DNA of 64,000 nucleotides. It comes from Amoeboaphelidium protococcarum X5 (Eukaryota; Fungi; Aphelidiomycota). Shown piece by piece: positions 41,552-53,790 of the stretch (position 1 is the first letter of the stretch; every line of letters starts with the position of its first letter). The stretch lies in contig JALDTO010000208.1 of assembly GCA_023515725.1 (NCBI GenBank), positions 599,768-663,767 of the forward strand. Direction: 5' to 3'. The notes beneath the pieces are model-generated. The model was not told the DNA's origin, did not search any database, and worked only from the letters and a program-made list of their open reading frames with translations. Position numbers and translations under genes: made by a program.

Positions 41552-41933
41552 TATCCAACACGAGGAATATGTATTAGATTAATTCAATTGCTGTTTGTAC
41601 ATTTAAGCTGATCATAATTTTGTATAGTGCAGAGAATTCTCTAATTGATGTTTATAACACTGACGCGCTATTCGAAACGGCGTCAGTTTAACGACTGACT
41701 ATCAACAATTTGGATGGTTTTGAAACGTTCGATCTTTAAAAGGGAGTCTCTAGAAAGATCCCACATAGAAAGCTCTAGAGTTTAGACGGTTTCTTGTTTT
41801 ATTGTACTCAATTGAGTCATTATAGAGCAGGTACACGTTGATCGAGGTAGGTACTTTCTACAACATCGTAGTAGTTTTGTTTTTCTTTCTTACCATTTTT
41901 TTATTACAATTTAACTTTCGATGTACTTTGATC

Positions 41934-43328
41934 ATGTCATAAATTCAAGGAATTAAGTGTCAAAAGCTCAAACATGCCCATGTAATTTTTATTTTGATAT
42001 TTGTTACTTCAATATGGATAATTTTCTATATGCTGGCAGATATTAGACATGGATTAACTAATGCTTTTGATCATGTGCAGGTGGCATCACTAAATTGGAA
42101 ACTGCGGTGTGAGATGCGTAAACTGCCCATGATCATTGCACACCAAACAGATTCATTCTGCATATAATGGGAAACATCATGTCCACTCGTAGAATCTGAA
42201 TTGGTGTTAATTAGCAAGTACCAGAATGCAACACGAAATTCGGTCATTATCCCGTCCGTGTTGGCTCACTCTTTTGATTCATCTCATTACTTGTACCGTT
42301 CTTATTTCAATATCAGTCAGGACAAAGATTCTAAAACTTAATTCTCTTACTACATTAAATTTTAGTACGATTCTGATGGTTAATAGACAAAGAGAAGAAC
42401 TCGTGTATTTGACACTAGAATTCGATATCATCATGATGGGTATTAGATGAGAATTGCGTTCGTATCTGATAATCAATACAAGGCGACTGTGTTTAATAAA
42501 CTACTGGACTCTTTGACTCTTCTGGAGTATGATTACATTGTGCATGTGGGTGATGCTGTATAGACATTTAATTCGCTGGCTGAGTGGGAAGTTGATTTTG
42601 TGTGGCCCATGACTAGAGGTAGAAATGGAAACTCTGCTGGACTTCTCAGTACTACCCCTCTGATATATATTCCCGGTAATCACGATGATTATGAAGAGGA
42701 TGGCCGTGATGCTACAACCACTAATAGCCGTCCATAAGTCACTCAATCTGGTGGAGACAACGCGCCGTTTCACTATTTTGTGACGACGCGCGATCGTTTC
42801 AAGTCTCTTCGTATTGGGCATCTGCATTTTACACTTATCGACTCTAACCATGATAGTGCAAGATAGTAAGATTTCGTGTAGTCTTTAGTCAAGCAGAATG
42901 AGTACAAAGAGTCTTAGTTTCGAATAGCACTTATCCATATTCCGCCATATTTGGAGTTTTGGGAGCATGACGCGTGGTTTGAGAAGAAAGAGTCAATGTG
43001 GGGACAGTTTGTACGTGATAAGTACATGCCGCTGATGAAGGAGAACGGCTTGGATATTGTTATTTCAGGCCATCAGCATAATTATGAGAGGACATCCAAA
43101 CGAGCGAATGGAACATATTACTTTATCATTGGTGGGGCGGGCGGTGAATTGGAGCATAATGAACAGGATGGTGGTCGAGTGAATAATTTCAACATGTATG
43201 ATTTCAAGTTCTTCGGTCACTTTTATTGTATGATGGACGTTTACAATGGCTCCATCCTGTGGCGAGCTATCGATGCTGAAAGTCGAGTTGTTGATAGTCT
43301 AACTCTTGGTCTCAATTAAATAAATTGA
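41934..43328 (+). CDS. Purple acid phosphatase-like metallophosphoesterase, 464 aa
   Basis: N-terminal TM, AFVSDNQ, VHVGDAV, IPGNHD, IHIPPY, VISGHQHNYER, IIGGAGG. Confidence 0.9.
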
Positions 43329-43573
43329 TTGTCGAATAATGCTTTTTGGCACTGAACTATATTTTGTAGTTTAAAATCCCCGCGTCTTGCTTATCGCTGA
43401 TTGGCTGCGACGTTCCCAGCGAGCTAATCAGATGGCGCACAGCGATCACCTCATGAATTCAATTCAATTCTTATTTATTCCCTCTTCTCAATCCCTCTTA
43501 CACAGCTGTTATACTATCATCATTAAAGTTGAAATTAAGCAGTAAAAGTATATTATTTATTTTATATATTCAC

Positions 43574-46500
43574 ATGAAGAGTGATCACGAAATTCAGGTG
43601 GTGACAGCAATCTGTGAGTATAATCCATCAGCTGCGGGACGGCTCTGTTTTGGTGAGGGAGATTAGATTCGAGTGCTTCAACAAACTGATAGTGGATGGT
43701 GGGATGGGATTTGTCATGGATAGAGAGGCTGGTTTCCGTCTAATCATGTCCAGCTCCCCCCTTAAAATATTAAAGCGGATTTAAATGAATATTATGGATG
43801 GGAAGTTCAAGTACCACCAGTTGGATCTCCTAAAATCGGTAATAATACTCAACTAATAGTGAACAAGCTAACTGGTGAACGCGTTAGACTTCCCACCAAT
43901 GTTGAGGTGGCTCAATCTCCACGTCAGAGCATTTTATCCGTTAATATTGCTAAAATGAAGATTTCTGATGGTCGCGATTCTATGCCATTGTCTCCTCTTC
44001 ATCCAGTTATTAACAACGCTCAGTAATAAGAACTGGCCATTCCTGATGGTGGATTAAGCTAAAGATACTCCAGCGTGTCAGTGGTTGGACATTAAAGACA
44101 CGAAGATGCAGAAAATACTCTTTAAAATGGTGGTATAAATAGTAATAATAATGATGATGATGATGTAGACTCCGTGTTGTAACCGCACGATTGGGAGAGT
44201 ATGAGATAGATGATTTTAAAGTCTATAGTATTGCTTAAGAGGGCTGAGCGAAAGGATTTCATCTTGGTAGTTGGTTAAATCATTAAAAGTGTTCATGCCA
44301 TGTTATCTGCCTCGAATACGTTAGAAAAGTCATCACATCTTCTTTAGAGTAACCAGATGCTCAAGTCGCATTATAAGCATTTGATCAAGTCATTGTGTGC
44401 TCTGACTGAATACGCAAAGTCTATCGAGTCTAATAGTATGCCTCCACCATCTGGACAGGACGGATAACGGCGGCATCTACTGCATCTTTCTAATGAAGTG
44501 TGGCTCTCAGTTAGACACTTTACTTCTACCGCTGAATAGGCTAATGTTAGTATCCAAATGCAATAGAAGGTGCAGCAGGAATCACACAATCTTGGAGTTG
44601 GAGGAAAGTCACCTTCAATGAGATCTGCAACCTCTTCTTCGCACGTTTCCGTTGTGAATGTATACGACACATTAAGCGAGTCTTTGGATGAGTTAATCAC
44701 GGATGTCAGTGATGCAATATCTGGTGTATGGAAGCAGTTGTCCTCCGAAACTTAGTAAAAAGTCCCGGATCTGATTGAATGCACCAAAGAAGTCGTGACT
44801 TAGATTGGTTACTTGCTGTCTCTGTTGGACGAGTTCAATTAAGCGCACTTTGACGCGAGGCACTCGGCAATGTATGCGTACTTTCTGTAATTGAAAGAAA
44901 ATATGTATCTGCGAATATCTGAGTTGGTTAATGCAACCACCGAGGCTGTGGATCCATTTGCTCCAGCAGATCGTGTCTAGTCTCTCAATTTCTCTGTACA
45001 GAATGTCTAGTCTTCATTGCGCGATCTGATATTATCCGTCCGTCCACTTTTGTAAGTTTAGAAGGAGTAAGCTGCTCTATCTGCGTCCTGTAAAAGGAAA
45101 GATTCTTCATCCGATCACTCGTCATTTGTTGAAATTCAGTCACCTTTGGATGATGAGATTAAGCCTCGAAGAGCTTTCTCTATGAACCTGCTGAAGTAAT
45201 CTTTGGATTAGCGATAGTCAAAAGATAAGGAGAACGTGCGCAAAAATGAACTTGTATCTGACTCTGCCGTTGAATCCAACGGTGTAAATTAGCAGCCTGC
45301 CAAGCGACAGTCAAAGTTGACTAAAGAAGATCAGGATGCTTAGTAGCGTCGCCGAATTACAGTTGTTGGTAGTGAGACTAAATTGGGCAAGTTTTTTGGC
45401 GAAGATGTTGCTCTGGTTGAGTAAAAGCTGCGCAAAGGAAATGAATTGGATTTTCTGAAGGTTAGCTACAGTTCAAAGGCAGTCCTTCTAGGAGCAAATG
45501 GAGAACTAAAAGGTGCGACTTTGAAAGGAGTAGTCGAAGTAATGACCGCGCATGATAAATTTGACGTCAAGCTGATGCATAGTATTCTACTCACATTCCG
45601 TTCATTTGCCACTAATGTGGAGTTGTTCAATCTGCTGACAAAACGGTTTGTTTTGGAGCCTCCGGGTGAACTGTCGTCTATGCAGTTGGAAATTTGGCAC
45701 GATAAAGTTCTGACTCCTATTAGATTGCGAGTAGTGAGTGTGATCAAAACTTGGTTAGATTCTTATTATTTGAAAGAACAGGACGAGAAATTGCTTCCTC
45801 TTATGCGCCGATTTATTGATGGACTAGTAAAAGAAGTGTTACCATCAGGATCCACAATGCTTCTTCGACTGATTGATAGAGTGGCGAAATTACCTGACGA
45901 TGAGCTCGTCTAGTCCAAGAGACTGACATTTATCATTGGATCTCATAATGCCCCGACAGCTCCATCTTCTCCAATGATGCCGCGTAGCTTTGGTTCAATC
46001 CTTGAACTTGATCCTCTCGAACTGGCACGCTAATTTACAGTGCATGACTTTGCTCTGTTTGCCCGTATCGATATCACGGAATTTCTTGATAAGTCTTGGT
46101 CCATTAAGAATGACAATTCCAAGTCTCCTAATGTTAAGCATCTCATAAAGATGTCTAATTAAACCACTGCATGGGTTGCAAGCGTCATTCTCTCTGAGGA
46201 AGATCCTAAAATTCGCAGTCAGCTTTTGAAGTATTTTATTTAGGTGGCAGACAAATGTCTAGAGCTGAACAATTATAATACACTGATGGCTATTCTGGCG
46301 GCTGTTGGGTCGTCTTCCATACATCGCTTGAAGAGAACTTTTGATTTGCTTTCGAATAAGACTATACAAACTCTGGATAAGTTGCGCGATTTAATGTCTC
46401 CACATTAGAATTTTACCAAATACAGGCGGCGATTGGAAGAGACAAAGCTGCCGGTGTTGCCATTCCTCGGACGCTTCCTCACAGATTTGACTTTCATAGA

Positions 46501-46774
46501 AGATGGTAATCCTAGCACTTTGAACTCTCATCCTGACATGATCAATTTGGATAAAAGATTAAAGGTGGCTAATCGCATATTTGACATCTATCAGTATCAG
46601 CAGAGCAAGTTTAATATTTAGCGTATCGATGCCGTTCAAGACCTGATTGATTTATGCGTAAATTCAGCACATGCTTCTAGTGAGATGCTTTACGATCTGA
46701 GCGTTAAATTAGAGCCAAGAGAGCAGGACACCGAGAAGATGGTAAGACTGTTGAATGAAAGTGGTTTTTTGTGA
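43574..46774 (+). CDS. CDC25: Cdc25-like Ras guanine nucleotide exchange factor (SH3, REM, RasGEF), 1066 aa
   Basis: SH3 (SGWWDG, RGWFPSNHV), LLTFRSF, PIRLRVVSVIKTW, DPLELARQ, LNNYNTL, PVLPFLGRFLTDLTFIEDGN, C-terminal EKMVRLLNESGFL. Confidence 0.92.
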
Positions 46775-46898
46775 TTAGAAACTGATTTTTGTATTTAGAG
46801 AGTTTAGCTGTGATTGCATTCACTTTTATATTTATAACATCGTATTAAAATCATCATCCATTTGCCTATAAACGCTTACGCTCATGAGGGAGTGCTAA

Positions 46899-48726
46899 TC
46901 AGTTCAGACGCTCAAGCTCTTACAAAACTGCGGTTGCATCCAACCGAATCAAGAGATTCTACTCCCAGGACATGGCAATAACATTAAATAAACCTTGCAA
47001 ACGTTCATCTTCAAAAGTTTGCTTAATTTCAACTCTCTCGCCATTGAGTACAGCGTCACGAATCTGATCTTTAGAGAATCCTTCCCACGCTGGTTAACGA
47101 TTCAGCAACTCGGCCATTATAACAGCGCCAGCAAAAATGTCTCTTTTAGGCTTCAGTGCATCAGACACGCCTTCATCAGCCCAAACTTCTGGTGCAGCAT
47201 AACATGGAGTCTAACCTTTTAGTCTATTCCACTTAAGACCAGTCACTGCCTTGGAAGTTCCTAGCAGAGTACAGATGCCAAAATCAGTCAGACAAAGTCT
47301 AGTTGCACCAGTTGACGTGTCAATCAGGAAATTGGCCGACTTTATGTCATTATGAACTATACTTGCTTAATGTATAGCCTACATGGCTGCAAACACGTCC
47401 ATAGACAGAGATTTAATAACATCAAAAGTCCATGGAATCAGTTCACATAATGGACTGCTTTAATTAATTAATCCATCCAGTGATCCGTGCTCATAATGGA
47501 ACATTAGAAGCACCCGATTACCTGCATCAAAGCCCGCAATTCTAGCAACGTGAGGACAATCTTTAAAGCGCCACATCAATGCAACTTCCTACAAGAAGGT
47601 GTCAGAGCTACCATTGCCATTATTGTACTTTCCTACGAAGGTCAGCTTTTCAAAAGGCTTCACGGGATGCTCAAAAGGAATACTCAGCATCTCAACTAGC
47701 CATATAGATCCCTGCCCACCACCTGACAAACGTGAATTTGCCACCTTCCTAAAGTTCTAGCCTTCCTACAATTGCAAGAATGCAGGCACAGAAATTTCAT
47801 ACGAAGTCGGCATCATTGTACTACCTTAGGTACTACTGATACTTTGCACCTGCGTCATGTGAGTCGAGGTAGTACTCTACATCGTATTTGTAGTTAATTT
47901 AGCCATAAGTGCACGAGTACGCGCACGATACTTATGTCGCAATACTAAAGCAATTGCACAAAGCATAACCACAAATGCAGCGGCCATAGCACCAGCAATA
48001 GTAGCAATTAGAGAAGAGCTGACACTGTTAGCACCGGTCACTGCCTAGTCCTTATCTGCAGAACTAATAACCTCAGATTAAGTTTTGCTACTACCACCGT
48101 ATAAGCTTTAATTATCGCCAAACACAATTGAAGTCATCAGACGAGAGCTAGAAGTGGACACTGAAGACGTTACGATACTACGCTAGGAGGTGGATCTTAT
48201 TGTGGAGCTCGTCAAACTTGAGTTCAAAACCACCACGGTGGAAGTTGATGTAGTATTTGTACTTACAAAAGCCAGCGTAGACAATGTACTAAATTCCAAA
48301 GATGTAACTGTACCAGAGCTAGAGGCGACAACAGTACTGCTCACAGTAGTGGATGTTGAAATAATGACAGAACTTAAGGCAGCAATACTCGAGGTTTCCA
48401 CAGGTGTTGATGAAGCGGTACTAGTAGCTACAGTATTTGTCGTACTAAGTGTGCTACTAGCAGATGTAATAGTTGTCGTGGTCGTGGGAGTAGTAGTGGT
48501 GGTGGTTGTTGTCGTAGTAGAGGTAGTAGTAGTAGTAGTAGTTGTTGTTGTTGTTGTTGTTGACGTTGTAGTGGTTGTGGTGGTAGTTGTCGTTGAAGTC
48601 GTCGTCGGAGTAGTAGTAGTGGTTGTCGTCGTGGTGGTTGTCGTCGGAGTAGTTGTTGTTGTGGTGGTGGTGGTTGTCGTAGTAGTGGTAGGAGTAGTTG
48701 TTGTCGTCGTCGTCGTGGTGGTGGTC

Positions 48727-48761
<35 letters not shown>

Positions 48762-50303
48762 TGTGGTGGTTGTGGTAGGAGTAGTAGCGGTAGTAGCGAC
48801 CGACGATGATGCAACACAGTTACCTCCAGAAGGACTCAAAGCCAGCAGATTATCGACGTTACTGAATCCTGTTTAGTCCAAGGAACTAACTTAACCATCA
48901 GTACTATTCATCCTAAAACCTGTACCGTAATACAAATATGCAACTAAGAATGAGCTACTTTCATAGAATATAGCAGAATTCAGATAGACCTATGCTCCTG
49001 TTTAACCATAAAACCAATTGATACCGGAAAACTTCTTAGCACAATCTACAGACAAGATAAATCCATACTAGCTAACTGCAGAGTTATATTGTGTCACCTA
49101 TGAGCCGGTTACATTCACTTTGATCGAGTTGACCGGTGACATTCCAACAAAGTACATGTTATTCCTGTTGTCCCACTAGATTCCAGCTCTAACATTGCCA
49201 GAGCCGGTGACACTGGACCACTCCTGAATTGCCGAGCCATTAGTAAACTTGAATGCGTAAGTACCATTAACTCCAGCTTAACCTGCCGTAACATAAAGAA
49301 CATTAGAGCCATCAAAAACTTAAAACTGACCGCCAGTCTGTATTGACGCATAAGCAGCACCACTCTTGTCAAAAGACACCCCAACAGGACTTTACGTGCC
49401 GGCACCAATAAATTTCCAGCTATAGCGATGGTTTCCGGTAGGTCCGTAGACCAGAATAAAGCAAGTGGCAGCATTACCGGCAGAATAGTAAACCTACTAT
49501 TCACTAGAGTCTTCCACGTTGAGAAACTGCACTGCACTTAGCTGGAAATACAGATTACCAGTAGGATCAATTGCCAGCTAAGAGTCAATAGTCACGGTAA
49601 AGTCGTCCAGTTCATAGACGAAATTGAGATTGTTGTCCATCATAAACACATGATGGCAGCCATCACTAGACTTAACAAGAGTCTTTACATTGTTGTAAAA
49701 TGTAATGGGATCTGTAGCGCAACCTTCAGGAAGTTTCTAGTAAGCATGCACAACAACTTGTCCGCTAGACCCGATAGCACTACTCAAAGCTTTAACCGAC
49801 TGGACACCATTATCTAGACTGGCAGAAGTCAGAAATGTACCATCACTAGCAAATTTCGCAATCACCACCTGATCCGGGCCCAATCTACTGACAGATTTGA
49901 CCAATGCTTGATTAGTGCCATAAATACCAAGGCTGGGAGAGTCTGACTCAATAACAGCAATTATGTTATCAGAAGGATCAACAAACAGATTCTTTACTCT
50001 ATCAGTGCCTGAGCCTCCAACAGAAAAATGCCACTGCAATATACCAGCAGAATTATACTTGGCAATATATGCGTCGGTGCCACCCAGCTACAATGCTGTT
50101 TATACGGGGCCACTAGTCGAGTACAAAGGATAGTTTATCTCTTGCACTAAATCATACGCGTAAAAGAAGCCTTAAGAATCTTTTCCGGTCACCTTCACAC
50201 CTGTGCCTTGCGAATACACTTGCCACACCAAGCCTGCGCGCACCACCTAGAGATGAATCACATTCAAAATAGAGGCTGTCAATAAAGTTTAACTGAATTT
50301 CAT
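46899..50303 (-). CDS. Receptor-like protein kinase: signal peptide, beta-rich ectodomain, Thr/Ser stalk, TM helix, TKL-type kinase; 1134 aa
   Basis: One code-6 frame. GGTDAYIAKYNSAGILQW-type repeats; poly-Thr; TM IAGAMAAAFVVMLCAIALVL followed by RHKYR; GGGQG, FLQEVALM, VHNDIKSANFL, TDFG, YAAPE. Confidence 0.9.
48465..48800 (-). repeat. Coding ACN triplet tract (poly-Thr mucin-like stalk, about 100 residues)
   Basis: Mixed GTA/GTT/GTG/GTC triplets on the + strand are ACN codons in the kinase frame, with periodic Pro. Confidence 0.9.
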
Positions 50304-50647
50304 TCTGATAGCAATAATACGGATCTTATTAATTGTATTAGCGAATAACTAGTATAGATTATACGAAGAAAGGGACAATGAGCAGGTACATGGTGCAGCG
50401 GTAAAAAATGCAACTAGAGCTATTTATAGATGCAATGACAACATTCAAATGGAAAATCCTTCCATTCTAGAAATTTGGTACAAAGAAGGAAAGTGTTGGC
50501 AATATACATTTAACTACCAAAATGAACACAGCTAAGGGCATCCAATAAATGATTGTGGCTATCATAAGGGAGTAAACTGTGTATACCAATTGATTGCATA
50601 TCGCGACGGTATCAATCAAGACGCATTGTTAAAAAATGTTTGATGTT

Positions 50648-51460
50648 TCAAATCAACCTGAAACAAAAACACTGATTTTTTATAAAACATTTTAAGCGAA
50701 TTTCAATACAATAGATATCAGGCAAGCCTTCCAGCGTGAAGATACCAACAACTCGGGCGATTCCCAGTCTCCACATATACACAACAATCAGGAGCATATT
50801 TAAACTTGCGCTGACATCCCGGCCCATAGAGAAGAAGGTTGGCCTAAGACTTGGCGATTTGGGCAAACACTAAGCCTATGACTCCACCAAATTCTGCTGA
50901 CGGTTAGGACAGTTGGACGCGAGATGAAGATAGGAGCCAGAAGCATCAAAGAAACAGAGGATTGGGTGGAACTTTTCAGGGAAACGCCATATCCTCATCG
51001 TATGGTGACAGTCATTTTTCCACCCGTAGCGCATGATGGCAACATGAGCAGAGCTTTGTAGTGTGATATTCGGGAATGGAGACCACCAATCCACGACGAC
51101 TGAGGTGGTACGCAAAGCCTCTTACGGATACTGGTGGATTCTTGTTGACATGCATCACATCATCACTGTCGTAGGCAATCACAGGGAGGCTTCGTTGAAG
51201 CAGCATGGTTGACCATTCTTTCTTTACGTTTTCTTTCGTCTTCTGGCACGCTCCTTGGGCTAATGATCGGGTACTATAGCGGCTTAAAGGCTTCTACCTG
51301 CTATGGTTCATCACTTGGTCGCATCCGCACTACTTTGCGGAGTGTCGACAGAAACGCCCAGATTTGTGGAATGCGGAAGATTAGAAATCCACAACCTGAG
51401 GGAAGTGTGCCATTGGAAAATTGAGGTATTAACGCGTAGATGAGACTTACGCCGGATCAT
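50648..51460 (-). pseudogene. Decayed Fanzor1-like RNA-guided nuclease remnant (C-terminal RuvC-II, zinc finger, RuvC-III)
   Basis: PVIAY...PPVSVRGFAYHLSRRGLVVSIPEYHTTKLCSCCH, then after TGA codons and frameshifts MGRDVSASLNMLLI. RuvC-I not seen. Confidence 0.7.
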
Positions 51461-52469
51461 TTTCGCAAGTGTTTTTGGTTACAGGTTTAATTCTTGATGC
51501 GACAACAAAGTGGTGAAATCTTCAATCTTAGATCATTATCATTTTTGAATATTGTATAAGCTCAAAGTATATCTAAAAACTAAGTACAAATATATTTCAC
51601 TTCAAAGAAGAGCTTAGATAACGATATTATCTAAATGATGAATCTCATATCAGGCAACATCCGTAACTATGGGCCAATCAGTTCGCTGCTCTATCAGTTG
51701 TTATTTTTCAGGTTCAACTTATTCTTGTAACGGGCGGTTATATAACCAATCCCTCTATATGAAATACAATAAGAGAACATTGGTACGTGCTTATCAAACA
51801 TAAACACTAGAAATGTATTCATCTCCATGGAGATGGCGAGTGAACGTTCCCAAATAAACAATTCATATCCAATATGATTTTCCAAGTTCTACTCTCGTGT
51901 AAAGTTCATAAATTAAATGTTTCAATTCTGTATGGAACAACTAAAGTCTTGTTGAGAATTTGCCATAGTTAGTGTCCAATGTAATCCATTTACCATGGTC
52001 CTTATAGTAAAGTCTGGGAGTTTTCATATTGACGTTGTCTGTCAGTAGTACAGTGGATATGAGAAACTCAGCTGGTGAATCCAAACCTTCAACGTTAATG
52101 AAGTGTCAATCTTTGGCCTGCTGCGCTGGCAATGCACAAAAGACCAATCTTCTTATACGAGTTTCCAACTCAACGTGTAATGGGAATCATCTTAGTAAAA
52201 GATCTAAGATGCCACCACAGCTTTTGCTGCAGCTGATGCCAGCGTCGATTCATTCATTCCAGTTTGTTTGAACCTGCTGTTGATGCTGCTCCTTCTGACC
52301 CTGCAACTGGTGGGGATACTGGTGATGCTCATTTCCAAGCATTCGAGTCCAAAATGTGTTTTGCACATCATGTGTAAAGACGCGCTGGCTATCTTACTGA
52401 GATCAAATCAGCAATGGAGCTGTTGGCTGCTGATAGGTCCGTCCATTTGAAGTGCTCTTTACATACCTT

Positions 52470-53790
52470 ATGTAGTGTATGTCCTCTGTTAATGCTATGT
52501 CTTATCCCCTGAGACAAGCAGTGATGGGTGCTGACCATGCCAATGCCCTGAAACCGCTAGAAAGCGGTGCTACCCTGAAGAGGTACGCTAATCAGTTCCT
52601 TGATTTTGCGTATTTTATGGTGGCTGATGAGATGTCCTCTGGTAGTGCTCCTCCCGAATTCGATGTTGCACTAATCAAGAGAGTTGTCCTCAAGGTGGTC
52701 AGTTAGAAAATTGATCATATTCGCTCAAGCCGTGATGAGAGCTACTGCTACCGCTTCCTGGGACAGCTCTATCATGGTGGACAGTGCAGAGTACAGTCCT
52801 TCCGTCACAGGGTGGCCTTTCTGCTTTACTGCCTTCGTCTGGTGACCGCATATGTGGTATATACTGACACAAGGGGTGCCAGCCATTCGGCGCTGCTAGA
52901 CTGCTTCTCCTCTGCTTCTGGGAATGTGAATGAGCTCCTCACTTCTCAGAAAATAATGGTTGGCCTGGAGTCTTAGGTGTAGAAGGTGGCGAGCATCTAC
53001 CTCCATCCTACTCTACCCGACACGTACATTGTCGAGGGCCAGTAGTTCGCTCTCCCAAAATTTCAAGGTGCTATCCAGATGGTTCTTGATCAGTGCAAGG
53101 AGCTGTCCTCTCTCCTCTGTCTCCCTGCCATCTCCATTCACGCTTTGGCGTATGATAATGTTCAGAATGTCGAATCTGGATATGGTCTGCTGCCTTGCTT
53201 CATGATGGCTAATAAGAACGTTGTTGCTGACTCGTTGAAGGCCTTCTTGATTAAGCACAATATCCTGAAGCTGGATCGTGATAATATCTGTCTCCAATAT
53301 CGCGAATACTCGGAGCCCTTGCTGGAGTAGTTGATATGGCTTATTCACATTCTGACAGGTTAGCCTCCACGCGCTTCTGAGGCTGTTGAGCTGCTCCTTG
53401 AGAATACCTCCTCTCTCCAGCGCAGCGTAATGGTGGTAATGGATACGCTTGCCTTCCTGCCTCCCTATAACAAGACTGATTCAATCACTGGATAGCACAA
53501 GGTGATTGTCCGTTTCTCATGCTAGCTACTTGATGCTGTCCTACTTCCCTATCTCCTTGTTGCCAGAAATATTGAGAAGATGCTGGCGCGTGACGAATAG
53601 CTGTCTGAGATTCTTGGTACGTACGTGTGTGCTGGTCCTATGGGTCGGTGGTCTGCTGACTCCTACCGCACCACGATCAAGAAGGTGTTTGCATAATCAA
53701 TGTCTTAAATTGATTTGGGTGTCAACCTATATCGTCATTTATCTGCCACTTTGGTAAGGTAGTCGCTGCTTGCTGGTTCTGGTGATTGTA
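52470..53790 (+). mobile_element. Truncated tyrosine-recombinase-like domain of the telomere-linked RecQ helicase (TLH) type
   Basis: TLKRYA, LLYCLRL, DNVQNVESGYG, LIHILTGQPPRASE..ENT..QRSV, YNKTDSITGQHKVIVRF, YLLVAR, GRWS, LGVNLYRHLSATL. Similarity stops near 53790 with no QAGH...Y motif or helicase domain, although the frame runs on to TGA 54128. The 5' part (about 52000-52470) is frameshifted. Confidence 0.65.

Noticed and set aside
48190-48876. 228-aa poly-Val ORF on the plus strand
   Set aside because: Antisense of the poly-Thr stalk of the receptor kinase.
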